A DNA stretch of 41,256 nt from Phoronis australis (lineage: Eukaryota; Animalia; Phoronida): the NCBI GenBank assembly GCA_002633005.1, contig NMRA01000676.1, positions 162,030 to 203,285 on the forward strand, written 5' to 3'. Position numbers and translations under genes: made by a program. Of the stretch, positions 30,701 through 41,256 are shown piece after piece. Every line of letters begins with the position of its first letter. Position 1 is the first letter of the stretch. Below the pieces are notes generated by a model. The model was not told the DNA's origin and ran no database searches. It saw only the letters and a list, made by a program, of their open reading frames with translations.

Positions 30701-33700
30701 CTGGAAACTAATGTGGAGTAATATTGGAAACTAATGTAGAGTAATACTGCAAACTAATGTGGAGTAATATTGGAAACTAAGAGTAATATTGGAAACTAAT
30801 GTGGAGTAATATTGGAAACTAACGTGGAGTAATGTGGAAACATCATTTTGACTGCCCAGTATTAGAACACTACATATACACATCAAACTTTTTAAAATAA
30901 AATAATTGTTACTTTATCACGAAATGCTGAACGATTCGCGTGGATTCACTGCAAATATGACAGCAAGATAAGAAAGGGTCTGGATTTCTATCAGTCCTTA
31001 TCATATACGTACATGATAAAGTCGTTGCACTGAGCCACAGAAGTAGCCACACCTCCAATAGTTAGCCAAGGATTCATCACTGTTTGTCCACCATTAACTG
31101 ATGTACCAGCTTCTTCGGCTAGATCCTAACAAACACATGTTCAAAAGTCAAGGGATAAGGCCAACAGGTTATCTCATGACAGCAAGAACGCTACTTCAAA
31201 CTACCAAATTCTGAAGACTGACCTTATTGTTTATAATTTTGAGAACAGACCAATAACAAAAGCAGTACCGTGACAATCAGTTATGGGTCGATACAACCCT
31301 GCCCTTCCGTTTCCCTGTCCTCCTCCCCCCCTCTCGTAACTTCCCCCTCAAGTAATCTTTACTTTTCTCACATGACCTGGAATGTGCTACGACCCGACTG
31401 GTTTAACAACACTGAGTACGCAAACCTTGGGATTTTGAAAACAGGATTTTGCCCATGTCACAAACTTGAGATGAGTGTAGGATTCTCTACTTCTCTCTCA
31501 CACAGACACATGGAAAAGGCTCCACACCATAATGTCTTCATTTTTCTATGCCATGTTACTGCGCCTCTATGAGTAGACTGAGCCATTTCAGTGTTCCCCG
31601 TACCTTGGCACAGTAAACAGTTGGGATTATGAACACTTAAGATGAATTCCAAAATCAATGCATACTGTTACAAACTCATGAGATATTAGTCATTTGTTAA
31701 AAACAAAAGACTAATTGACATTCTGCATTAGTTCATTGTTTGGTTTGCCATGATAAAGGAAAGCCAACGGAATTCATGGAAAATGACTTCTTTCACAGCA
31801 TTAAGGACTTTCAGTAAGAGACCATAATTCTAATATTTTTGGTCTGCAATTAATTGCCAAAAATTAAAGTTACAATCTATCAAATTCAACAATTCAGGCC
31901 ACAAATCTGCTATAGGATCTGACATGATGCGTATGTAGTTCATATTTGTGGCATAGGGGGTGCCGCATGCTGTGGTGGCTCTCCAGCGTTCGCCCAATAA
32001 ATAGCTAAACTATGACCATCACTGTCTCTAGTATTTTATTGAAAATACACAACACAAGAGCAACGCGGAGCGTTGAAATGCGCCCACGAATGCATAGTAA
32101 ATGGTGTGCTTTTAGGGTTATTTGTATCATAAAAATGGCCACTAGATGGCGCAAAAACATACAATCCATCCAAAAACAGGAATATGTCAGATTTCATAAA
32201 AATCTGTCAAGGAACTTCAGAGAAACAAAGGAAAACAGATTGCCACTAGTGGGCACAGTGTCCGTTGGAACCGCCTAAAAGTCGTCATCGTCCGTTGTTA
32301 TCTTCATATAAATACACTTGCTAAAATTAGTAAAGATCCTGCAGTGGGTTTAGGAGATACAACTATGGGCGCGAAACAAAACTACCATTAGGAGGTGCCC
32401 CAGTAGTCAGTCACCATCATCAAAGGTCATCTTCACACTCAGAACATATATGCCAATTTTCAAATGATTTGGTTGTTACAAGGGTGGACACCAAAAACAA
32501 GATTTGAAAGCAGCAAAAAATGGCCACTAGGTGGTGCAAAATACCTCGATTCCATCCAAAAACAGGAAGATAGCATCATCACACCAATAGATGCCTTTAT
32601 TTAAAATTTTATGAAAATTTGTTGAGGACCTTTGAAGATACTGAGTTAAACGTAAAAAAATTAAAATTGCCACTAGGGGGCACAGCAGTAGTCAGATCTG
32701 TCCGAAAGACGTCATCATCCGCAGTCAACATCACATAAATACATTTGCTAAATAAAGTAAAGATCCTGCAAACGGTTTAGGAGATACAGCCATAGGGGCA
32801 ACAAAAACAAAACTACCAGTAGGAGGTGCCACAGTAGTCGAAATCGTCGGAAAATCATTGTCAACCCCCTCTTCATAGTAAGCACATACATGCAAATTTT
32901 CACAATCATCCTTGAAGCGGTTTGGTTGATGGAGGGCTGGACGCAAAAAACTGACTCGAAAACAGTAAAAATGGCCACAAGATGGCGCAAACTATGGCGA
33001 ATCCATCTGAAAATGGAAGGATAGCGTCATCTCACTAATAGGTGCATACATACCGAATTTCATGAAAATCCATTCAGGACTTTTGAAGATACAAAGGTAA
33101 GCATAAAAAACTAAAATTGCCACTAGGGGGCACACCAGTAGTCGAATCCGTCCGAAAGTTCGCTCATGCCGTCCCATTCATGAATGGAACATATGAGCCA
33201 AATTTCATGAACATAAGTCAAAGGGTTTTGGAGATAGAGCAGCGGACGCCGCACGCTGCCCAGACGGACGGACGGAGATGACGGCATAATGCGTCCACAC
33301 ATAAATATGTGGGCGCATAATAACAAAATCAGTTCATGATCATTTTTCAGCAGACATTTGTAATTGTAGTTCTTTATTCTTTCTGAAGGTGGCACTATTA
33401 GTTCTCTGGATTTGAGAAACAATAAACATGGCATGCAGTAAGTTATAGGTAAAATGGAGCTATGACAAAATTCGGCATTTTTGTTATCTCTTTAAAATAG
33501 TACAGCAGAATTTGTTTATTTATGTTTGCTAGAACAGATTTCTAAGAACTTGAATATCGAATTCCAGGGTTTCTAAGATTCTTAAACTTGATATAAACCC
33601 CCCAGAAAAACCTCAAGGGGTTATTTATTGCATTAGAACTTGAACAACCCCTGTTGAGTTTGAATATATCCCGCTGTTTAGAATACAGCATCTAAGCTTT

Positions 33701-36257
33701 GCATCTTAATTGCTTACCCTGAAGCCGGTCATCATCATAGGCACTACAGTGTCACGTTCTTTATCAGTCATTTTGGTGCTGACACCTAGCAGCATCAACA
33801 TATTAGCACACTCCTTTACACCCATGGCATAGAGGTCACTCAGTACATTGGCACAAGCTATCTTTCCCTGGAACACAAGACACATCATCACAATCAAGAA
33901 TCTTAAATTTTGGTCAGTCCCTTGACATCGAAGTTCTCTAAAACCTCATGAAGCACTTGACCAAAGACCCAAATCACCTCAAACCCCTTAAATGCGATAT
34001 CATATTGTTGAGGACATCATGCCTTTTTAACAAAATCAAGGTAACACAACAACAAAATGCCTATCACATTTAGCACAGACCTTATAAATTAGTCTCCATA
34101 AAAACTTATGTGTTACATAAAATCCTTCCACGTGGTTAGCGATGAAGATCTCATAAATATACACCAGGGCTCGATTTGCGACTTGGCGACCTGCAGATAG
34201 CCAATACGATCTCAGATTTCATTTGGCGACCAGGTGAAAATCCCAAGTCACTTTAAAGTCGTCACACACACATCAGCGCACGGGCTCAAAATACTGCAGG
34301 AAGACGGGAGTTGGACATGTTCGTCAAAAACCCGATGTCAATTTCAGGACCCCTGCAAAGACCACCTGCCCTGAAACCATCATCATGTGTTAGGTAGGAG
34401 GCGAGTCTGTGTGGAATATCGGACCCACGGGAGATTGGCGGTTGCTGAGTACAGCACGTGTTACCCATTCAACTAAAAAAAAACAGCTCAACATCAAAGG
34501 AAACATCCCTGGTGTTGTGACGGACAGTTGCTCAGTCTGCCAGTTCAACTCAGATATTGCTGTTTTGTCACTTTTGACTGTTGTGAACTGTACATCATTT
34601 GCAGGGGTCCACACTTTTGCACCCATGCATACAGTGTTTCCTAAATTTGGCAACCTGATTTCCCAATTTACGGCATGGTCGCATTTGGCGAGTCGGCACA
34701 GCGACACACATCAAGTCTCCTACACTGTCACAACACAAATAGTTTTCATTTAAACTGATGCATAACTCCTATTGGGTGTCAAAGAAACCACGTAGCTAAT
34801 GCACCACACTAAACTGTGACCTCGCATCAAGCAAATTCTTTGACATAATGAAAGTCAGCAGCAGCTTTAAATGAATGTGGTTCAACATTTTAGCAGCAGT
34901 AAATACCATCACATAAGGATCGTCCACCAGGGGGTAGAAGAAGTCTGTTGTCTGAACAAGGGACAGTCCACCGTGAGAAAGGGGGGTCACACAGGCGTCC
35001 ATTCCTATGCCTGTAAGAATAGATAAACCACATGAAATACGATCTTATTTCAAGGTTCTACATAAAGGCAGCTCCAAGGAAAACAAACAATTTTGCCACA
35101 CTGTTCAGACAGTGCACTCGATACCTCAATTAAGGGATCAAATAACAGGACCATTCCCAGACGAAAAAAATAATTAGATATATATCCTCATCAGGTGCAA
35201 AAATCCAACCCCCATGTAAAAATACTCCCCTAAAGAATAAAACCACTTAGGCAAAACATAAGTTTCGGCAACCTCAGGCAATGTTCATGAGCAGTGGCTG
35301 AACCGAAAACTAGTCCACCCTCAGAAGGCACAGACACCTTTACCATCAAGTGAGCGAAGACCCTGAAATTTGACATTATTTACCAAAAATGATAAACAAA
35401 AGGTTTTGTCATAAAATTTGCAGCATCTTATATTTTGGTGGCATTAGCCGACTGGAGAAAGTTGTGGTTTCTTAAAGGGGCACAGACCACACTTGCTTCC
35501 TTAAATAAACTATACTTCATCTAACGACATGATTAACCTTCAGACAAAAACACACCACATACACACAGTGGGCAATGGTTCCTTTTCGTGGAAATCAGGA
35601 CAATCCCGCAGGCTTTTTTTCACTCAAAATCAGTTACCACCTAAATTAAGGGGCTACTGCAACTCAGTAGGCCTACATCTAGTAAACTTATGACATGCAA
35701 ATGTCAAAAGATTCAGCCCTAAACAAAAACCATGATATTGTAACAGTTAAAAATATTTAGTTATTATTTTTTTAAGACAGTATGTGCACCTTTGAATGCG
35801 TTGTCTAGTGTTTTACCTAAAGCAGTAGGCCTACTAGTACATATTTTATCTGATTCAAGGAATTAGCAGTGATATTGCCAGAATGAAATTTGAAAGTGTA
35901 TATGACTCAAACATCAAAATGCTTCTATATTTTAACCAATGGCTCAACACTGAACTGTCTGTCTACTATGGTCACTTGTTCATTCTTGGAATGATCATCC
36001 GCCATGATGCCGTCGGTGTGACGTATTTTAGAGTTTGAACAGACAAACGACATACCAACTTGAGGTGTGGCGGCAGCATATTGTGAATCTTGCTGTTCGA
36101 TTTCCTGGCCGTCGTCCTTCTGAAGTCCATCCAGGAGCTTGAGCAGAACATCCTGGGGGACCTTGCAACCTCATCCCTTTAATTCTGTGAATTTGGTGAG
36201 GCGGAAATTAGGATCCAGGTCATGTTCGATTGGGTCAAACGGTTTTCTCACAGACAT
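27712..36257 (-). CDS. SEPHS2: Selenide, water dikinase (selenophosphate synthetase, SelD family), Sec-containing SPS2 type with in-frame TGA at codon 29
   Basis: Exons 36056-36257, 34907-35010, 33718-33867, 31013-31125, 30302-30492, 29364-29576, 27712-27896 total 1158 nt, 385 aa. Starts [29 protein letters not shown](TGA 36173-36171)-GCKVPQ. Motifs [56 protein letters not shown] and ETSGGLL are intact. Similarity-based annotation may call it SEPHS1. Confidence 0.95.
28644..29149. mobile_element. Non-autonomous hAT-like MITE, 506 bp
   Basis: 13-bp TIRs CAGGGCTTGGAAT / ATTCCAAGCCCTG, flanked on both sides by ATGAGA (6-bp TSD). Many internal CGCGG/GCGGAAA subterminal motifs. Confidence 0.85.
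30661..30840 (+). repeat. 23-bp minisatellite, about 8 copies
   Basis: Unit ACTAATGTGGAGTAATATTGGAA; one copy is truncated. Confidence 0.95.
32051..33322 (-). mobile_element. Near-complete Helentron-associated (HINE/DINE-1-like) element, copy C
   Basis: Subterminal inverted repeats ATGCGCCCAC (32078-32087) and GTGGGCGCAT (~33309-33318). Hairpin with ATGCGTCCAC at ~33289, (GACG)n microsatellite at ~33263-33275, terminal CAACGC/GCGTTG hairpin, and ~430-450-bp internal tandem subunits. Confidence 0.8.
36123..36163 (-). promoter_or_regulatory. Sec redefinition element (SRE)-like stem-loop downstream of the UGA
   Basis: Minus strand AGGTCC-C-CCAGGA-(14 nt)-TCCTGG-AT-GGACTT, starting 8 nt after the TGA. 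Confidence 0.7.
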
Positions 36258-36272
36258 GTCGTCAAATCTTGA

Positions 36273-37520
36273 CTAATTTATGGAGAATGAAATGTGATGT
36301 CTAGTCACAAATCCAGTGAGAAGACACAAAAAACAGCGTGCTTCTTGCAAAACGGACCACGAAACCACACACTCACACACACGTACACATAGAGGCAGCA
36401 CGATGCCCGGAGGACGACACGCGCTTAGTGAGAAGTTCCCGGATGAGTGCCTTTCGATAACGTGGGGAGTAATCATTTTCTTACTGCAACGTCCCTAGAT
36501 TTTCCTCATCTCGCGCCCGGTTCAAGCCTGCCCAAGCACAAAATTCTTCTCTCACACTCATAAAACTGCTCTGTTGAACACAAACTTCTCCATCCTGAAC
36601 CACTTTCCGCGGACGTTTTTATTTGCTGGCAGACGGATGCTCCCCCGCATCATTTCTAACCTGGTTCCCGGGCGTCACAAGCTGACGTCACGGATTGCTG
36701 AGCAGGAGACTAGCATCATTTCGTGGGTCTCACCTGCCAAGCTGTTCGAACGCCGCCGCGTTCCCTCTTCTCGGGCCACTTCGCACGACTTGATCTCTAT
36801 CCGCAGATCAACTGCGGGAAGACTAAATACTTGTAAACACATTCCCGCCAATTTTGATCATTTGCCTTAAAAAGAATTATTTCTCAATTATTTTGATAAA
36901 ACGAAAACCGCAAACAAACACGTCCATATAGGTCTAGGCCCTACATATACAACGGACACTTACTGTGGTTCATTTACTCTAGAGATAAGATCGAAAGGAT
37001 ACCAAACCAGGTTTGGCCTATTAACCGGCATTAAAACTATATTTCCCACCCACTTCTACAAATCGACGAGACGTTTTGTAAAATGAGGAGAATAAACTCG
37101 ATCGCCTCACGTGGACGCGAGTGACAAACCTTTCAAAACAATCAAATTGTTTTAGACTACTACAGCTAAGTTAGTTAAATTGTGATTGGTTTTAAAATTG
37201 GATAGTGGCACGATCGCGAATATCGAGCCATGGAATAATGACTGTCAAAATTTTATTTTTCAATTCCCGATAGAAAATAGAACTATAATTGTGATTCCAT
37301 GCAGGCCCGTGCCCAGCATTGCGCAGGGGGTGGTTCGAATTTCTTGAACGGTGGACCTTTGAGACTTTGCAAACGTCGACACTGTGGAGTTTTCATTAAG
37401 GCCCTCAGTTGACGCAGCTTAATCAGGGGGGAGAGAAATTTGTATACACAATGACACCCCGGCCAATCCGCGATCGAGAGCGCCCGGAAGGCGATGCGAG
37501 AAGTAGACCTTGCACCAAAA
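36273..37520. promoter_or_regulatory. 5' UTR exons and divergent promoter between the selenophosphate synthetase and the next gene
   Basis: CpG-richer region. Minus-strand donors at 36963 (GTAAGT), 36733 (CAG/GTGAGA) and 36484 (GTAAGA); acceptor just upstream of 36272. CRE TGACGTCA at 36683-36690, E2F-like TTCCCGCCAA at ~36842-36851, CCAAT at 37185 (reverse) and 37463. Confidence 0.55.
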
Positions 37521-37545
37521 ATGGCAGACGACAGTGACATATCCG
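37521..37545 (+). CDS. Putative first coding exon of an unidentified gene (MADDSDIS...)
   Basis: AAAAATGGCA start context, 8 codons plus G, then a strong donor G/GTGAGT, with a CCAAT box ~55 nt upstream. No second exon was identified in the window. Confidence 0.5.
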
Positions 37546-38222
37546 GTGAGTTTAAGTGTCATTTTCTGCTTAAATAGAAGCCACTTTGGTACGAATGCTA
37601 ACACAGAAAAGCGTCAGAGTGTTACTTTTGTTGTGAATCTGAAATAATGCTTGGTTTTTGGTTATTTTTTTAAAATAAAGAGCTCATAAAGCAATGACTT
37701 TCGGTAAAATGCCTAGCGCCTCGTAAAATCGACAATTACTGGCTACTTGCTGTTAGCAATTCCAGGGTTCTTAAGAAGAGACGTGTGACGTTTATAGTTT
37801 AATCGTCCGGACCCTGGTGACACCTTTGTTAGTTATGATTTGTGAAACAATTTGAGATATTTACCAATACAAGCAGGTCCTTGTGTCAGACGTCGATCGG
37901 GAACGCGTTAATTCTCTATCGTGATCGTGAACGCAAAAAGGCGATCATGAACGCACATTTTTTTCTCTGCAGGCCTGAATAGTCGTTCAAGTTACGGTAT
38001 TATGTCAATAATTTTAGAATAATACGTAGGGTTGATTATCAATTACATTTCATCGTTTTTTCATTATTTCTAAATGAGATTTAGCCTAACAAACATAACT
38101 GGATGCATTCGATTTTTTTTCAGTTGAACCAGCTGTAGCCACACGAGGAGTCTTTCAGGGTGTTAACGTCTACGCCTTCAGAAAAAGAGTAGTACAACTG
38201 CTGCATGTCACTAGGCTACTGA

Positions 38223-38224
<2 letters not shown>

Positions 38225-38299
<75 letters not shown>
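38225..38299 (+). repeat. (GT)n microsatellite, about 37 units
   Basis: Uninterrupted GT run. Confidence 0.98.
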
Positions 38300-38300
<1 letters not shown>

Positions 38301-38768
38301 AATAAAATACAGTGACACTACAACAAAGCAACATCTTGGTCGCCGCAGCCCGTATCCGTGCCCCAATTGTTGCCCCTAATTGAGAATGAGTCGCTAATTA
38401 GATTCAAGTATCACGATTGGCAGTGATTGCAACCGATCTCAACAATGAAATCAATGTATTAAGAACTAGTCAACTTTTCAGTTTTGCACACCCTTTTAAA
38501 TGGTTACTTAGTGGACACATACAATAATTTATTCACGTTTGTTACGACTCATTAGCAGACAATCAGAATAATGAACTGGTTGGTTCAGTGGTTTGAGGCC
38601 TAGACTATTGTTTGAGAGAGACCCGATTGAGTAAAAAAGTCACTGTCGGAGTTCTGGTTCTGGAATTGTACTGGACATCCGAAATAGTGAATTTTCGAAG
38701 GTGGCAAACCTTCGGAGTAGTGGACCTTCGGAGTAGCGCACCTTGGGAATTTTGGCATCTGACCTTGG

Positions 38769-39005
38769 CAGTGTCAGATCTACGTTTTCAGTAAGGGATG
38801 GGGGGTAGGACTCGCCTGAATCCGAGGCGCGTAGCGCCGAGAGTAGGGAAGGTCGGGAGGGGGTTCCCCCTCTTGTGTAAGATTTTGTTTGGTTTTTAGT
38901 TGCTGATTTTGTTTTCCTGGTGATATTTTTTTAATTTTTATTTTTGATCCTATCCCGCGTGGAGCGTTTGAACCCCCCGAACACCCCTCCGCTGACCCGC
39001 CTCTG
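38769..39005. mobile_element. Degenerate MITE, possibly PIF/Harbinger-like
   Basis: Weak TIRs CAGTGTCAGATC / GACCCGCCTCTG. Internal GC hairpins GGCGCGTAGCGCC and GAGGGGGTTCCCCCTC. Confidence 0.4.
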
Positions 39006-39447
39006 CTTGGAAATCTTTTCCATCAGGTTGCTCGCATGAAGTGTGTGAGGCTGTGTACCATTGACACTAGTGACAAAAGAAGTCTATCTCCATTGACCAG
39101 AGTTTTTATTGGGTTTAGACCTACTTTCCCCCCCAAAATGTGAACATGCTCTTCTGCGTTTTGTCACAGCAAGCAAACTCAGGTTTTTATGCAACGACGA
39201 AGGGCTGTCTATAACTTGCCGTCGCCTTCTACTGAATTTAAAAAGACGGAAACACACATACGTGTACACGAATGCATGTTAATCCACCAATCCACACCCG
39301 AATTGGACACTATATGACGAAAAACATACCCGTATGTGATGACCGAAGGTACCAACTAAAACGATCACATTTACTATATATACAATACCCAGAAAGCGTC
39401 AAGAGGCACTGTATCTGGCTTAAATACATACAAAGAAATATATATAT

Positions 39448-40288
39448 ATAGATTACTACATGGCGAAGTCGTTATCCCCCGTTATCTAGAGCCCGAGTGG
39501 ATTTTGGAGAATTATCGCCCGAGGGGCGTCAGCCCCGAGGGTGATAATTCTACAAAATCCACTCGGGCTCTAGATAAGGGGGATAACGACTGAGAACATG
39601 TAATAATCTATTTATACCACATTCTAAACGAGAAACATTGCAATGAATTGGTCTACCTTCCTCGACTCGCCTCGGCATTGTAACTACTTTCTATATCAGA
39701 GGACCGGGGTCGGAGGTCGTGACCTTTTAAGAAAAGCCGAGCTATTTTTGTAAAATAATACTTATACTCAAAACCAAATAGAAATTTAAACAGAATAGAA
39801 ATGAAGTGAATCTCTAAATTTAGGTTAAGCAACTACTATAGCTTAAAACTCGTTTTTTACACGCTAAGATTCGACCGGGAAATTATCGTCTGCTAAAGTA
39901 GGTTACCACTGGTAACTGAATATAATTCTCAAGTCAAAGATCCTGACGACACGATACCCCCATTCAAACTGGAGATCGGTGATTTACAAGTAAGAGAACA
40001 TGAGAGAAAAATTTCACTGAATTAAGATATCATTTTTATGGAAATTGTGTGCCTTATTTTTCGTAGCGTATAAGTACAGTACAATGCGGTTTGTTGAACG
40101 TGCGATTATTGCGCGTGCTCATATATTTTCACTCTTGATGACGTCAGTCGCTGCGTGGTGTAGTGGTAAAGTCGGCAACTAGCAATATTAGGGTACCGGG
40201 TTCGACCCAAATCGTTATCAGTGAGATAACTTTATGGGTTATTACACGGTTGCATTTGCCATTTGACGCTAATATTGTGGTATAAATA
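39448..40288. mobile_element. Non-autonomous element with a 164-bp terminal palindrome and 13-bp inverted repeats (Crypton-like, tentative)
   Basis: Palindrome 39448-39611 centred on GGGGC-GTCA-GCCCC. TATTTATACCACA (39609-39621) is inverted as TGTGGTATAAATA (40276-40288). A (TA)n run sits at the left flank. Confidence 0.6.
40149..40212 (+). pseudogene. tRNA-like relic or SINE head with Pol III A and B boxes
   Basis: A box TGGTGTAGTGG at 40156-40166 and B box GGTTCGACCC at 40199-40208, in tRNA spacing. Acceptor and anticodon stems do not pair. Confidence 0.5.
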
Positions 40289-41256
40289 CAATTATTATAC
40301 ACAAATACATGAATTAAAAAAGTGATGATAAGATTACAATGATATATGATTAAAAATATGAATACAGATTCATTTCTATGCAAAAAATAAGTTATTCAAC
40401 ATGTATACAATATTATCGACTCGCACAAAGATACTATTTCATGACGGACCCTGCCCAGCTAAAAATTGACCGTCGGACGACCATCGTCCGACGGTTGGAG
40501 TTAGCTAATGCGAACACAATAACAAAAAATGTACCTACTTAACTAAGTTTCTCGCGGAAAACTAAGTAATTTACAATTTTGAATTTTCTTTCTAGGCCAG
40601 AAAATAAAGTTTTTATTAATATAAAAATTTACCGCCTTGTGTACGAGCAGAGCGTAAGAATTTACAAAAGGTATGTTGTGATAAGGAGAAATATATTGTT
40701 AAAACGAATAGCAATTGAGAACTTGTTTTTAAGCGTAGGTATACAGTCGTCATTTTCTGTAGGCCTACTAATTTCTTCCCATGTATTTTTCACGATTAAA
40801 TGACGAGTTCTTCGAGCTTAGTTAGCCCAGTCAGCACACATGAGGTATCACGCAGTGGCACGCGCTTTAGAATTGACCTATCGCCAGGATTATGACGGAC
40901 GGCTTAATTGACCAATCAGAACGCAGCATTCTAAGCACACCTTCGTCTGCGTTTCCAAGCCGCCATTATACCCGACAAACCACACGTAATCGAGTAAAAC
41001 TTACTTTAGTCTATAGCTCAAGAAATTGTCCGCTAAGAATGGGGAAACGGTGTTGATATGACGTGTGTAGTACCGAAAGCCGTTATGCTGCTCCAGAATA
41101 ATATCCCGTCATTTTTTGGCATGTCCTAAGCCGAAAATGATGTTGAAAAGCGTAAACTATGGATCAAACTGTACGGCCACACGAGCAGCTGAACTTAGCG
41201 ATGTTGCTTGATAACTCGAAGGCTATAATAAACACAAATATATTAGTTCCAAGATA

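Noticed and set aside
35011-36055. Alternative non-Sec first exon, as in ascidian SPS
   Set aside because: I could not find a second xGCKVP-encoding segment by eye; TBLASTN with exon 1 would settle it.
36171-36173. TGA as a nonsense mutation (SPS pseudogene)
   Set aside because: It falls exactly at the Sec position, there are no other lesions, and a SECIS and an SRE-like hairpin are present.
36485-36870. N-terminal coding extension of SPS through the 36484 donor
   Set aside because: An in-frame TGA lies eight codons upstream of the donor.
37874-37977. Small CAGG...CCTG element with three GATCRKGAACGC motifs
   Set aside because: No TSD and too short to classify.
40149-40212. Functional tRNA gene
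   Set aside because: Acceptor and anticodon stems cannot pair.

Overview
Gene-dense genomic DNA from an invertebrate animal (intron-rich, GT-AG splicing; the repeat families suggest a lophotrochozoan or similar marine bilaterian, which is inference). It holds four conserved housekeeping genes in alternating orientation: the 3' part of RBM5/RBM10 (+), complete AMT/glycine cleavage T protein (-), complete ING3 (+) and a complete selenophosphate synthetase (-). A probable first exon of an unidentified fifth gene (+) lies at 37521. The main hidden signal is a full selenocysteine-recoding set in the selenophosphate synthetase, whose first coding exon the ORF track misses. It comprises an in-frame TGA at codon 29 (KG-U-GCKVPQ), a stem-loop just downstream of that UGA, and a type II SECIS about 1 kb into the 3' UTR, next to the convergent ING3 3' end. 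Introns carry three copies of a Helentron/HINE-like element packed with CTCF-like motifs, a Penelope GIY-YIG fragment with a decayed hammerhead ribozyme, a hAT-like MITE with a 6-bp TSD, several long palindromes, minisatellites and one likely assembly duplication. I found no convincing wholly new system. All coordinates were read by hand.
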